From: an uncultured delta proteobacterium | Lineage (GTDB): Bacteria > Desulfobacterota > Syntrophorhabdia > Syntrophorhabdales > WCHB1-27 | DNA: 64,000 bases | Direction of reading: 5' to 3' | NCBI GenBank assembly: GCA_963810935.1 | Contig: CAWEPK010000008.1 | Span: 32,001-96,000 of the forward strand | Shown: positions 17,116 to 27,561 of the stretch, in pieces | Layout of the letters: every line of letters starts with the position of its first letter | Position numbering within the stretch: the stretch's first letter is position 1 | Program-made: the position numbers and the translations under genes | Notes under the pieces: generated by a model | Told to the model about the DNA's origin: nothing | What the model saw: the letters and a program-made list of their open reading frames with translations, nothing else | The model's database searches: none

Positions 17116-17976
17116 ATGCCTTTGGACCTTGGTAATATCGGCCAGGTTTTAAAAAATGCTCGTGAGGAAAAAGGACTCACCATCGAGCAGGTGGCCGCCC
17201 GCCTCTTCATAAGCAAGGGAAAATTGGACGCAATCGAGAACGGCGACTGGAGAAGGTTGCCGCATCAGGTTTACATCAGAGGATACATCATTCAGTATGC
17301 GACGTTCCTGAATGTGCTGGACCTCGTGCGGGCCGAGCTTGCGGCCCCTGAAGCGGAAGCAGATCAGGCCAGGCAGAAGGATGCGCCGAAGGGGCGCGTG
17401 GCCATACCTATGAGCCAGGGCCTGAGGAAGAGGGTAGTAAGCATTGGGATAACGGGCGCAGTGCTGCTCGGCTTCCTTATTTTTATGAACGTCCGGACGC
17501 CGCACCATGTCGTGCAGCAACCGCAGCAACAGGCATTGAAGGGAGCGCCGCAGGCGGCTGCCGAGCAGGCAGCGGCTGCGGCGAACCAGCAGGATGGTGC
17601 AGCGGCTGGCGCGCAGACAGTGGCGGGCCAGCCGCAGGACCAGAAGGCCGCTGCGCAGGCCGGCGAGGAGGGCTACCAGACCGTCGCCGGGCAGGACCGC
17701 TCGGAAGCCGTCTATGACAAGAGACAGGACAAGCTGGTCCTTGCGCCCAAGAAGCTGATGATCGCATGCCAGGAACGGACGTGGCTGGCCATCGTAATCG
17801 ACGGCACGGAGCGGAAGGAGTTTACGCTCAATCCGGAAGAGGTGGTCGTGCTGAACGCCAACGAGAAGTTCGACGTCCTCATCGGCAACGTCGGAGGCGT
17901 CAAGCTGTTCTACAATGGTAAAGAAGTGAGCCTCCCCGGGGAGAGCGGAGAGGTAAAGCGCGTTACCCTCTCGTAG
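17116..17976 (+). CDS. RodZ-like HTH + TM + DUF4115 protein
   Basis: IG..LK.ARE.KGL, AIE.G..LP..VY.RG...YA..L; TM segment; C-terminal IGN.GGVKL.YNG. Confidence 0.8.
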   Translation: MPLDLGNIGQVLKNAREEKGLTIEQVAARLFISKGKLDAIENGDWRRLPHQVYIRGYIIQYATFLNVLDLVRAELAAPEAEADQARQKDAPKGRVAIPMSQGLRKRVVSIGITGAVLLGFLIFMNVRTPHHVVQQPQQQALKGAPQAAAEQAAAAANQQDGAAAGAQTVAGQPQDQKAAAQAGEEGYQTVAGQDRSEAVYDKRQDKLVLAPKKLMIACQERTWLAIVIDGTERKEFTLNPEEVVVLNANEKFDVLIGNVGGVKLFYNGKEVSLPGESGEVKRVTLS

Positions 17977-18078
17977 CCGACGCCGGTCCCCCAAAACCCG
18001 TTTACACCATCAATCGCAAACGCCCGGGAAATTTTGATTGCACTCGCCGGCGTATTATGAGAAACCATATACTGACTT

Positions 18079-18573
18079 ATGGTTATTCTCGGTATAGATC
18101 CAGGATTGGCAAACACGGGTTTCGGGGCTATCACCTGCGGCCGGGGTTCTGTTTCGCTGGTGAGGTGCGGGGCTATAACGACTTCGCCCCGGTCCCACGT
18201 TGCGGAGCGGTTCTTCCAGATCCACAGCGACCTCGGTCAACTGATGGACGCCCTTAAGCCGGAGGTCGTAGCCGTGGAGAACATATTTTCTCTCGTGCGC
18301 TATCCGAAAGCGGGCCTGACGCTCGGCGGTGTCATGGCCGTCGTTTACCTGGCCGGCTCCCAGAGGGGCACCCGCGTTATCGAGGTGACGCCCAGGGAGA
18401 TAAAGAACGCGCTTGCGGGCTACGGCAATGCGGCCAAGGTGCAGGTCCGGGAGGTTACAAAAAGGGCGCTCGGCGTCGGGCAGGTCAAATCCTTTCACGC
18501 TGCAGACGCGCTCGCCGTAGCGTTGACGGTTTTTTACAGGAGCTACCGGGGGAAAAATGATATCCTACCTTGA
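18079..18573 (+). CDS. ruvC: Holliday junction resolvase
   Basis: ILGIDPG...TGFG, G.A.K.QV, AADALAVA. Confidence 0.95.
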   Translation: MVILGIDPGLANTGFGAITCGRGSVSLVRCGAITTSPRSHVAERFFQIHSDLGQLMDALKPEVVAVENIFSLVRYPKAGLTLGGVMAVVYLAGSQRGTRVIEVTPREIKNALAGYGNAAKVQVREVTKRALGVGQVKSFHAADALAVALTVFYRSYRGKNDILP

Positions 18574-19171
18574 AGGGGTGCTCAAAAGGCTGTATGCGGA
18601 CAGGATCATGCTTCTGGTCGGGGGGACCGGCTACGAGGTGCTGATCCCCGCCTACGTGATGAGCGAGATCAGGCGCACGGTGAAGGCGGACGAGGCCCTG
18701 AAGCTCTACATCTCGTTCAACCAGACGGAGAGGCAGCCCAAGCCCGTGCTCGTCGGTTTCAGGACGGAGCTTGACAAGGAGTTCTTCGAGCTGTTCATAT
18801 CGGTGGAGGACATCGGTCCTTCGGCCGCGATCAGGGCGCTAACGAGGCCAGTGCGGGAGATCGCGCGGTCGATAGAAGAAAAGTCCGTGAGGGACCTGCG
18901 TCAATTGAAAGGAATAGGCGAGAGGAAGGCGGAGAAGATCATAGCCACTCTCAAAGGCAAGGCGGCCAAATACGCCCTCATACCGCAAGAGGAGCTGCCC
19001 GCCGAAGTGCCGGAAGACTTCAAAACCGAGGTCGAGATGGTGCTTACAACGCAGTTGGGCCATAAGCCGCTCGAGGCAAGGAAGATGATAGAAGAGGCCA
19101 TGAAAAGGGCGCCTTCGATAGCGACGTCCGAGGAGCTCTTCGAAGAGGTCTACAGGGGCCAGAAGAAATGA
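18557..19171 (+). CDS. ruvA: Holliday junction branch migration protein A
   Basis: MISYLEG, GG.GYEV, HhH motifs IGP..A and GIG.RKA; between ruvC and ruvB. Confidence 0.9.
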   Translation: MISYLEGVLKRLYADRIMLLVGGTGYEVLIPAYVMSEIRRTVKADEALKLYISFNQTERQPKPVLVGFRTELDKEFFELFISVEDIGPSAAIRALTRPVREIARSIEEKSVRDLRQLKGIGERKAEKIIATLKGKAAKYALIPQEELPAEVPEDFKTEVEMVLTTQLGHKPLEARKMIEEAMKRAPSIATSEELFEEVYRGQKK

Positions 19172-20217
19172 TAGAGGACGAGTCGGATAAACTCACCGTC
19201 GCGGAAAAGGAAGATGCGGCCGACGAAGATTTCCTGAGCCTGCGGCCGAAGGCGCTGACCGAATACGTCGGGCAGGATAAGGCCGTCGAGACCCTGAAGA
19301 TAGCGATAGAGGCGGCGCTCAAGAGAGGAGAGGCGCTGGAGCATATCCTTTTAAACGGGCCGCCGGGCCTGGGAAAGACCACGCTCGCCCACATCATCGC
19401 CAACGAGATGAACACGAAGATCATCACCTCTTCGGGGCCGGCCCTTGAGAAAGGCGGGGACCTGATGGGCCTGCTTACCAATATGGAGAAGGGGGACATC
19501 TTCTTCATCGACGAGATACACCGGATACCGAAGATCGTGGAGGAGTTCCTTTACCCGGCCATGGAAGACTTCGCAGTGGACTTCATATTCGACCGCGGCG
19601 TCCACGCCCGGACACACAGGTACCGGCTGGAGAGGTTCACGCTCATAGGGGCCACGACAAGGGCCGGGCTCCTGTCGTCGCCTCTGCGCGAGCGGTTCGG
19701 CATCGTGCGGGACCTCGATTTTTACGAAGAGCCGGACCTTGTGCGCATTGTCAAGCGGTCGGCCGTTATCCTGCAGATACCCGTCCACGAAGACGGGGCG
19801 TACGAGATAGCCAGGAGGTCGAGGGGCACGCCAAGGGTGGCCAACAGGCTGTTGAAGCGCGTCCGCGACTACGCCCAGGTAAGGGCGAAGGGCGTTATCA
19901 CGAAGGCCGTTGCCATCGAGGCCCTGTCGCTCGAAGGCATCGACGAGCAGGGCTTAAGCGAGCTGGACAGGAAGCTGCTCAAAGTGATCATCTTCAATTA
20001 TAAAGGCGGCCCGGCGGGCATAGAGGCCCTTGCGGCAACTCTCCAGTTGGAGACGGACGTGCTTCTGGAGGTGGTTGAGCCCTATCTCTTGAAGACGGGC
20101 CTTGTGATCAGGACATCGCAGGGCAGGAAGGCGTCCGAAAAGGCGTACGAACACTTAGGGCTGCAGCACCACGGGAAAGCCCACGGGGCGTCAGGCCTGT
20201 TCGAAGACAAGAAATAA
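19168..20217 (+). CDS. ruvB: Holliday junction branch migration ATPase
   Basis: [35 protein letters not shown]. Confidence 0.97.
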   Translation: MIEDESDKLTVAEKEDAADEDFLSLRPKALTEYVGQDKAVETLKIAIEAALKRGEALEHILLNGPPGLGKTTLAHIIANEMNTKIITSSGPALEKGGDLMGLLTNMEKGDIFFIDEIHRIPKIVEEFLYPAMEDFAVDFIFDRGVHARTHRYRLERFTLIGATTRAGLLSSPLRERFGIVRDLDFYEEPDLVRIVKRSAVILQIPVHEDGAYEIARRSRGTPRVANRLLKRVRDYAQVRAKGVITKAVAIEALSLEGIDEQGLSELDRKLLKVIIFNYKGGPAGIEALAATLQLETDVLLEVVEPYLLKTGLVIRTSQGRKASEKAYEHLGLQHHGKAHGASGLFEDKK

Positions 20218-20349
20218 AGTCTTTCATCCCCCCACGAAAATGCTTGACAAGTATCCGGGAACCGGCTGAAAATAGGTGCAACCGGACACCGGGTGAGGCA
20301 ACAGGCCCGCGAAATCGGATCGTTTTGGTGTCCTTTGTGGAGGCGTATA

Positions 20350-21871
20350 ATGAAGCATTACTCAGCTTTAGGAGAGGGACCGAAAGTATTCCATAAGGAG
20401 ACTACGGTTGCGCGGACGGGCGCACGGAAGGCGATTTCGCTCTTGTGCCTGCTCGTTTTTCTGTTGCCGGTGGCGATCGCAGGCTGTGGACCTACGACCG
20501 AGGAGATCGCGGCGCGAGAGCAGGCGAGGGAGAGGCGGCAAGCCGCCCTGCACGTGCAGGAGGAGGCCAGGAAGCGTGAAGAAGAGGTGCGAAAGCGCGA
20601 AGAACAGGCCAGGCAGGAGGCCCGGATAAAGGCAGAGGCCGCGCGCCTCGCGCGGATCGAGGCGGCCATATCCGCTGCTGACCAGGCGGGATCCCAAAAC
20701 CGTCCGGACGTCGCCCTTGCGCGTCTCCTTGAAGCCCTTAAGGACATAAAGCGCTACGAACCCGAGGTAGTAGGGATAGGGGTGCAGATAGCCATCAAAG
20801 ACGGCTTCCCGTCCGTTGTCTCCATTTCCGGGCAGTCACCCGCATATAAGGCTGGGGTCCGGGCCGGCAACCGGATCGTAAAGGTCGAGGGGCAGCCGAC
20901 TCAGAATATGGAGCTCGCGGGCATCGTCAGGACGTTGAGGGGGGCAAAAGGTGCGGCGGTCACAGTGACCGTTTCGGCCGAAGGCGGCGATCAGGCGACC
21001 GAGTGCCGGATCGTGCGTGACACTGTTTACCCCGGCGACCGGCAGATCAGGGAGAAGATAATAAAAGTGGTCAGGGCAATGAAACCGGCCCCAGCGCTTC
21101 CCGAGGAGGCCGTCCGCTCGATGACGAGGGGGGATACCAAGGTGCGGATGGGAGGGACCGGCGCCTATGCCGCCGCCGCCGTCGAGATGGAGCAGGCGGT
21201 ACTGGCCGCGCCCTGGAACGCGGACTATTATTTCAGGTTGGGCATGGTCCAGGAGAGGGCGGAGATGTACGGCGAGGCGAGCCAGAACTATCTGCTCTAT
21301 GTGGCGGCGGCGCCCAACGCGCCTAATGCCTCAGCCATGCGGAACAAGGTCTACAGCCTCGAAGTGATGCAGGAAGAGAAGGAGAAACTACTTTCCCTCG
21401 CTGGGCCGTGGAAAAGCAGGGGAGGCAACATATACACCGTATCGGTAGAGGGACGGAGGATAAAGATCGACGGCGAGCTCTCCGGAGAAGCTGGCCAACG
21501 GCACCACGCAGAAATGGTATTACTCCTTCGACCTCGAGGCCACGGGCAACTCACTTGAAGGGGCCAACACGATTGCACGCGACCCTCATTCAGGGTGCAG
21601 CTTTCCGAACGAGACGGTACAGGCATCCGGAATGATAGGCGATGGGGCCGGCTCGCTGAAAATCAACTGGAAGAATACGATCTATTCATGGACATGGCAG
21701 GGTAACGCGTGTACGGAAGTTAACTCCATGGGCGTACGGGACGAGGTGCTGGACCTGGTGGAGCGCACAACTGCCACCCAACAGGCCGCCCAGCAGGTAA
21801 GTCAGCCGAGCCCTGCACAGGAGCAACCCGCCAGATCGAGAGGGCTTAAACGCAAAGCAGTCTCGCAGTGA
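20350..21871 (+). CDS. lipoprotein with coiled-coil, PDZ and TPR regions; apparent frameshifts near 21480-21630
   Basis: IAGC lipobox-like; GIGVQI..SPAYKAGV.AGN.I.KV.G PDZ; APW.AD.YF.LG TPR; downstream ORF fragments. Confidence 0.6.
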
Positions 21872-21960
21872 GGCGCGGGAAAGAGCTAATAGGTTAACGC
21901 GCGAAAGGTCGGAAAAAAGGAATTTTGCAGGCGGCTGGTGAGGCGTTTAGAAAAAGCGCC

Positions 21961-22713
21961 TTACTGGCTGAGCCTCTCCATCTCCTTGGTCGATATATCG
22001 AAGTTGGCGTGTACGTCCTGCACGTCGTCCGAATCTTCCAGGATTTCCATGAGCTTAAGCATGGTCTCGGCGGGTTTCCCTTCGAGCTTTACGGAGGTCT
22101 GGGGAACCATGTCGATCTGGGCGACGCTGTATTTCAGGTTGTTCTGGTCGAAGACCTTCTTGACGGACTCGAAGCTGGCGGCGTCGGTAAATACCTCCAC
22201 GACGTCTTCATCTTCGGTAACGTCTTCTGCGCCCGCTTCCAGGGCCACTTCCATTATCTTGTCCACGTCCACAGCCTGTCTCTCAAAGGAAAGGTAACCC
22301 TTTTTACTGAATATCCAGGCCACGCTGCCCGCCTCGCCGAGGTTCCCGTTATAGCGCGAGAAGATGTGGCGTATCTCCGCCGTGGTCCTGTTCTTGTTGT
22401 CGGTGAGCGTTTCGACGAGTATGGCCACGCCGCTGGGCCCATAGCCCTCGTAGGTGTACTCTTCGTACATCTCGCCGCCTTCCTGGGCGGCCGCGCCGCG
22501 TTTTATCGCCCTTTCAATGTTCTCCTTGGTCATATTCTCCGACTTTGCCTTGAGCACGGCAACCCGGAGACGGGGGTTGGCCTCTGCGTCCCCGCCGCCC
22601 GTCCTTGCAGCGGTGGTAATCTCTTTGATAATCTTGGTAAAGATCTTGCCCCGCCGGGCATCAGCGGCGCCCTTCTTGTGCTTAATGGTGCTCCACTTGC
22701 TATGTCCGGACAT
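21961..22713 (-). CDS. yebC: YebC/PmpR family protein
   Basis: MSGHSKW.TIKH.KG..D, YEGYGP.G, LTDN.NRT, DDVQDVH.N. Confidence 0.95.
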   Translation of the reverse strand: MSGHSKWSTIKHKKGAADARRGKIFTKIIKEITTAARTGGGDAEANPRLRVAVLKAKSENMTKENIERAIKRGAAAQEGGEMYEEYTYEGYGPSGVAILVETLTDNKNRTTAEIRHIFSRYNGNLGEAGSVAWIFSKKGYLSFERQAVDVDKIMEVALEAGAEDVTEDEDVVEVFTDAASFESVKKVFDQNNLKYSVAQIDMVPQTSVKLEGKPAETMLKLMEILEDSDDVQDVHANFDISTKEMERLSQ

Positions 22714-22734
22714 GGTCCCCTCGGGAAAGATTAG

Positions 22735-22811
22735 TGGTGGGCAGTACAGGAGTCGAACCTGCGACCTCTGGTATGTGAGACCAGCGCTCTAACCATCTGA
22801 GCTAACCGCCC
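22735..22811 (-). tRNA. tRNA-Val (anticodon CAC)
   Basis: 77-nt cloverleaf GGGCGGTTAGCTCAG...CTGGT-CTCACAT-ACCAG...GGTTCGACTCC...ACTGCCCACCA with encoded CCA. Confidence 0.95.
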
Positions 22812-22822
22812 TTTTTCCTTAT

Positions 22823-22850
22823 AGTATAATGAACACCGAATCAAAGTCAA
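22823..22850 (-). promoter_or_regulatory. sigma70 promoter for tRNA-Val/yebC
   Basis: TTGACT, 16 nt, TATACT. Confidence 0.65.
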
Positions 22851-22978
22851 TACAGACCTGCGGCCTAAAAGGCATGTCGGCAGCGACTTTGCGGACAAGT
22901 CATGCGCGGACGCGTTGCGCCCCCGGTCCGCTCCGTGGGATACTACCACCTGGCTGGAAGCTGCTCATGGAGAGTGGA

Positions 22979-23707
22979 ATGAGAAAGGGCGGAGTGGCCG
23001 GCGCCCCGGAAATCGTTGAGATGCTGCGGGCCCTAGGCGACCCGGAAAGGGCCGGGGCCATGCAGAGATATTTCAAGACAGGCCCGGGTGAATACGCGGA
23101 GGGCGACCCTTTTCTCGGCATCACCGTGCCCCAGGTAAGGAAACTCGCCGCCCGGCTCGGCCAAGTGGGTCTTCCCGAAACGTTGAGGCTCCTCCGGTCG
23201 CCCATTCACGAGGCGAGGCTCCTCGCCCTGATCGTCATGTGCAGCGCGTACGAAAAGGCGGACGGGGACATAAAGGAGTCCATATTCCGCGCATACCTTG
23301 CGAATACAAAGTTCATCAATAACTGGGACCTCGTAGACGTTTCCGCGCCGAGGATCGTGGGGGCGCATCTGGCCGGTTGCGGAAGTCGCGACATCCTTCG
23401 CCGCCTGGCCGCCTCAAAGCTCCTCTGGGAAAGGCGGATCGCCATCATAGCCACCTTTTATTTTGTGCGCAGGGGAGAGTATGCGGATACCCTCGATATA
23501 GCGCGCCTGCTCCTCGACGACCGGTCCGACCTGATACACAAAGCGGCAGGATGGATGCTCAGGGAGGTCGGCAAGCAGGACCGCGAGGCCGAGGAAGCCT
23601 TTCTGAAGACCTATTGCAGACGCATGCCGAGGACGATGCTGCGGTATGCCATAGAGAAATTTCCCGAAGCGGTAAGGCGGCAATACCTTAAAGGCGAGAT
23701 CGCATGA
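22979..23707 (+). CDS. DNA alkylation repair protein (AlkD-like HEAT family)
   Basis: YFKTGPGEYAEGD.FLG..VP, INNWDLVD, LWERR, DLIHKA.GWMLRE.GK, MPRTMLRYAIE. Confidence 0.9.
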   Translation: MRKGGVAGAPEIVEMLRALGDPERAGAMQRYFKTGPGEYAEGDPFLGITVPQVRKLAARLGQVGLPETLRLLRSPIHEARLLALIVMCSAYEKADGDIKESIFRAYLANTKFINNWDLVDVSAPRIVGAHLAGCGSRDILRRLAASKLLWERRIAIIATFYFVRRGEYADTLDIARLLLDDRSDLIHKAAGWMLREVGKQDREAEEAFLKTYCRRMPRTMLRYAIEKFPEAVRRQYLKGEIA

Positions 23708-23751
23708 GCGGGGGTCGTGGCCCGGTGCGCCCAGCGAGCCCCCGCAGTTCC

Positions 23752-23778
23752 TTAAGTTTTGGCAGTCCGTAGCGATAA
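23752..23778 (+). promoter_or_regulatory. sigma28 (FliA) promoter upstream of cheX
   Basis: TTAAGTTT-N11-AGCGATAA vs consensus TAAAGTTT-N11-GCCGATAA. Confidence 0.6.
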
Positions 23779-23874
23779 TCCGTTGAGACGCCGTAATTAT
23801 ACGTCCGATCCGGCCGGGGAAGGGCCGGGTGCGGACCTTGGCCAAGCCGGGGGGTAGCCCCGCTGGAGGAGAAA

Positions 23875-24348
23875 ATGGACGTCAAGTTTATCAACCCTTT
23901 CGTCGCAGCCACCCAAACGGTCTTCAAGACCATGCTCAATATCGACCTGCTCCTGGGAAAACCGAGCCTTAAGCAACAGAGGACGACATCTGCCGACGTG
24001 ACGGGCATCATGTCCATGGTGGGGGACAAAAAAGGGACGATTGCCCTCTGTTTCAAAGAGAAAGGGGCGCTTTTCGTCTTCAACAGCCTTATGGGCGACA
24101 ATGTGTCCGCCATATCGGCTGAAGTCGTCGACGCCATAGGCGAGCTTACCAATATCGTCTCCGGCCAGGCTCGGAAGGAGTTCGAGAAGAGCGATATAAA
24201 CCTGAAGGCATCCATCCCTATGGTCGTAGTAGGGCAGGGCGTCGAAACAAACTTCATCACGAGCGTTCCGATAATCACGCTGCCTTTCACCTTCTCCGTC
24301 AATAATGGAGTGGACGAGCCGTTCAACCTGGATTTTTCGTTCGAATAG
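23875..24348 (+). CDS. cheX: chemotaxis phosphatase CheX
   Basis: INPF..A, DVTG, DAIGELTNIVSG (ExxN), SIP.VV.G. Confidence 0.9.
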   Translation: MDVKFINPFVAATQTVFKTMLNIDLLLGKPSLKQQRTTSADVTGIMSMVGDKKGTIALCFKEKGALFVFNSLMGDNVSAISAEVVDAIGELTNIVSGQARKEFEKSDINLKASIPMVVVGQGVETNFITSVPIITLPFTFSVNNGVDEPFNLDFSFE

Positions 24349-24506
24349 ACGGGCTGACCGGGAAAGGGAAGGTATCGTAAGCCGCTGCCCCGTTGTCGAA
24401 CCATCGACGTTCCGCCATCGAATATGTGTTGCAATCTTTCTTTCAATGTGGGAAAAGAATATGGGAGTTGACCCGGCAGCTTTTGCCGTGTCACAAGGAG
24501 GTAGGA

Positions 24507-24802
24507 ATGGTGTGTCGCAGCAGGACGTGGCAGGTTGCGTCGTTGCTCGTTGCCCTGGCGTCGTCGGCCCCTTCGGCCCGGCGCTGGCCGGTGAGGGCCG
24601 CGATGGGCAGACAGGCGGCCCGGCACCGGCGCCCCCTCCCGTGATCGACGTACAGCGGGACAGTGAGAAGACCGTTTATACGATCGGAAGCTCTCCCAAG
24701 GCCAAAGGAAAGACAGATAAAGACAGGTCATGGGATATGCTCAACAATGTGCTGATCGACGCGAGAGGCGTTAATGGAAAAAGGCCGGATAATAATCGTT
24801 GA
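24507..24802 (+). CDS. small exported hypothetical protein, probably frameshifted near 24600
   Basis: AAGGAGG RBS + ATG + hydrophobic signal in one frame; Pro-rich/charged body in another. Confidence 0.4.
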
Positions 24803-26216
24803 TGATGAACAGGGCATCCTGGACACCCTCAGCGAGTTCCTGAGGGCGAAGGGTTACGAGGTAGACCCTTTCGCCGACGCGATCAATGCGCTGCCTGCCC
24901 TGAAGAACAACGGCTACGACGTCCTGATCACCGATATCAAGATGCCGAAGATCGATGGGCTTCAAATCATCAATTTCATTCAGAAAGAGTATCTCAACAC
25001 CCTTGGTATCGTAATCACGGGGTACGCCAGCCTGGAAACGGCAGTGGCCGCAATGCGCTGCGGCGCCTTCGATTACATCAGCAAGCCGTTTAAGTCGGAA
25101 GACGTGCTTGCGATCGTCGAGTCGGCCATGCAGTACGCGAAGCTGCTTGCCGGGGACAGCATACCGAAAAAGCTCACCTCCAAGGCGAACCTGCTGAGGC
25201 GGTTCTCGGAAAGCCGCGTGATCCGCGAGAACACCATGCTCCGCAGCTTCCTCAAAGACAAATACAAGTTCGAGAACATGATAGGCGTGAGCCTGAGCAT
25301 GCAGAAGGTCTTCGAGCTTATTGAGAAGGTGGCCGACACGAACGCGACCGTGCTGGTTACCGGGGAAAGCGGGGTAGGCAAGGAGCTTGTGGCAAGGGCC
25401 ATCCACTTCAATTCTTCCAGGAGGGATAAGCCCCTTGTCGTAGTCAACTGCGGCGCCATCCCTGAGACCCTGCTCGAAAGCGAGCTTTTCGGCTACGAGA
25501 AGGGCGCCTTCACGGGTGCGGTCGCCACGCGCCTCGGCAGGTTCGAGCTGGCCGACGGCGGGACGATCTTCCTGGACGAGATAGGCGACATGAGCTCCAG
25601 CCTCCAGGTCAAGCTGCTGCGCGCCATACAGGAGAGGACCTTCGAGCGCATAGGCGGGAATAAGACAATCGACGTGGACCTGCGCATCATCGCTGCCACG
25701 AACCGCGACCTGGACGGGATGGTAAGGGAGGGCAAATTCAGGGACGACCTGTATTACAGGCTCAACGTCGTCCCCATCCACATCCCGCCCCTGCGCGAGC
25801 GCAAGCAGGACGTCCCCCTGCTGTATGCCCATTTTCTCGAAAGGTCGAACGCCATGAACAACGGCGCCGTCGATGGTTTTTCCGACGAGACCATGGAGGT
25901 CCTGCTCGATTACGACTATCCCGGGAACGTGCGGGAGCTGCAGAACCTGGTGGAGCGGCTCGTTGTCCTGAGGAAGAGCGGCATCATCAAGATCGAGGAC
26001 CTGCCGGAGAAATTTTACCTCCCGCAGCAGAAGAGGGAGCAGACGGGATTCGACCTCGCCCGCGGCTACGATACGCTCGTCTCCGAGTTCGAGCAGAACC
26101 TCATATTAAAAGCGCTCGACGAGACGAACGGCGTCAAAAGCAAGGCCGCCCAAATCCTCAGCATGAACAGGACTACGCTGATAGAAAAGATGAAAAGACT
26201 GGGCATCGCGGATTAA
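24774..26216 (+). CDS. sigma54-dependent response regulator (REC-AAA+-Fis), candidate FleQ/FlrA-type master activator
   Basis: IVDDE, TDIKMP, GESGVGKE, GAFTGA, FLDEIG, C-terminal HTH. Confidence 0.9.
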   Translation: MEKGRIIIVDDEQGILDTLSEFLRAKGYEVDPFADAINALPALKNNGYDVLITDIKMPKIDGLQIINFIQKEYLNTLGIVITGYASLETAVAAMRCGAFDYISKPFKSEDVLAIVESAMQYAKLLAGDSIPKKLTSKANLLRRFSESRVIRENTMLRSFLKDKYKFENMIGVSLSMQKVFELIEKVADTNATVLVTGESGVGKELVARAIHFNSSRRDKPLVVVNCGAIPETLLESELFGYEKGAFTGAVATRLGRFELADGGTIFLDEIGDMSSSLQVKLLRAIQERTFERIGGNKTIDVDLRIIAATNRDLDGMVREGKFRDDLYYRLNVVPIHIPPLRERKQDVPLLYAHFLERSNAMNNGAVDGFSDETMEVLLDYDYPGNVRELQNLVERLVVLRKSGIIKIEDLPEKFYLPQQKREQTGFDLARGYDTLVSEFEQNLILKALDETNGVKSKAAQILSMNRTTLIEKMKRLGIAD

Positions 26217-26260
26217 ATCCAGACAAAAAGAAGAAACTCCCCGGCCATGCCGCAAATGTG

Positions 26261-27295
26261 TCACAAACGATAGACGTCGGTCAGGCTGACCCGTTTCCCC
26301 GGTGAAGTCAGAATGTTCTCGAATCCGGCTTCGTGCAGCATAGTTTTGCAGTCCCGGATGTCCAGCCCGCGATGCCCGGCAGTATCCTTCTCCGTGTCTC
26401 TGGGGTTGGCCCCGGTCTCCGCGAAGACCGTGTTCGCCCCGGCGGTGATGCCCAACAGGTTGGGCTCATGGACCCCGATGCATCTCGTTTCGGAACATGC
26501 CAGGGTCGCCATGGCAATCACGGCTGTTACCTGCGCCAGCCTCAGTTCCGAAATCTGGCCGTACGGAGACAGCGGGGCCGACGGAATATAGACTCGCCTC
26601 ATTGCGGCGTGCTGGACGCATCCGTATTCGATCCCGACGAACATCTGCTCTATGAGTTCCTCTGTGGTATGTTCCGGTCCTATCGGCTCGCAGCAGTAGT
26701 AAAAGTCCAACCCGGCGTCCTTGATGGTCCGCATAGTCGCCTTTCTCCGCTCGGGGTCGAGCGACGTGTCGATGCCTTCCCGCAAGCGGCAAACATGATA
26801 AGCCCCGTCTACGCCCGCCGCTTTCAGGTCGCGCGCCTGGGCTTGATCGAAGTCGCCGATGTTGACCACAATCCCCGTTTCCCGGGGGATGCGCTCACGC
26901 ACGCTCCGCACGACGCGGATCAGCCGCTCAAAGTCGAACGTGTGCATCGTCATCAGGAAAAGGGCGTAGAGGTCTCCGGAGGCCGTCAACTCGCCGGCCC
27001 TATGTAAAACGTCCTCGTCCGTCATAACGCTCGGCTCAAATACAGTGTGACCCTCGCCGAAACTGCAAAACTTACACTTGCCAGGACAAGCCGCGATCTC
27101 GATGCCGATCTGGGCAAGGACAATGCCTCCATTGTCGAACCGTCGCCTGGTTACCGAATCACCCACGGCGCGTAAGACGGCCGCCTCGAACGACCTTTCC
27201 GGCAATTCCAGAAGAAAAGCGCACTCCGCCCTGCCTGGGGCGCGGCCCTCCTGCGCCCGGTCGAGAATTCCAGCAACTGTCGCATGAATCTTCAT
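26261..27295 (-). CDS. radical SAM protein (BioB/HydE-related, function unknown)
   Basis: CPGKCKFC motif; YYCCEPIGPEH; AGAN; AAAGGAG RBS. Confidence 0.8.
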   Translation of the reverse strand: MKIHATVAGILDRAQEGRAPGRAECAFLLELPERSFEAAVLRAVGDSVTRRRFDNGGIVLAQIGIEIAACPGKCKFCSFGEGHTVFEPSVMTDEDVLHRAGELTASGDLYALFLMTMHTFDFERLIRVVRSVRERIPRETGIVVNIGDFDQAQARDLKAAGVDGAYHVCRLREGIDTSLDPERRKATMRTIKDAGLDFYYCCEPIGPEHTTEELIEQMFVGIEYGCVQHAAMRRVYIPSAPLSPYGQISELRLAQVTAVIAMATLACSETRCIGVHEPNLLGITAGANTVFAETGANPRDTEKDTAGHRGLDIRDCKTMLHEAGFENILTSPGKRVSLTDVYRL

Positions 27296-27443
27296 TCGTA
27301 TCTCCTTTATGCCGGCAACTAACACCTGGCGTTGTCCATCCCTTATTGTGATACCACTTCCTGGTTGGCACAGCAACAGGAAGGCGAAACCCGTATTGCG
27401 ACAAGGCATGGCGGGAGGGTACGCCTATAATTGTCTACCCCCT

Positions 27444-27457
27444 GTCAAAACCGTGAC
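27444..27457. promoter_or_regulatory. FleQ-box-like activator site
   Basis: GTCA-N6-TGAC; same flanks as 40361-40374. Confidence 0.55.
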
Positions 27458-27533
27458 GGAACCATCTGGAGCCCGCCCGCCGTTTCCCGCAAATCTCCTT
27501 TCATTTCAAGCAAGTCCCCTCAAACCTGAATTT

Positions 27534-27549
27534 TGGTACGCGTTTTGCT
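27534..27549 (+). promoter_or_regulatory. sigma54 -24/-12 promoter
   Basis: TGGTAC-N5-TTGCT. Confidence 0.75.
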
Positions 27550-27561
27550 TAGGAAGCCTTC

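Noticed and set aside
17510..17700. Gln/Ala-rich stretch with repeated QTVAGQ in the RodZ-like gene
   Set aside because: Ordinary low-complexity periplasmic linker.
22735..22811. tRNA as an integration site for a genomic island
   Set aside because: No integrase, duplicated tRNA 3' end or phage genes nearby; yebC follows directly.
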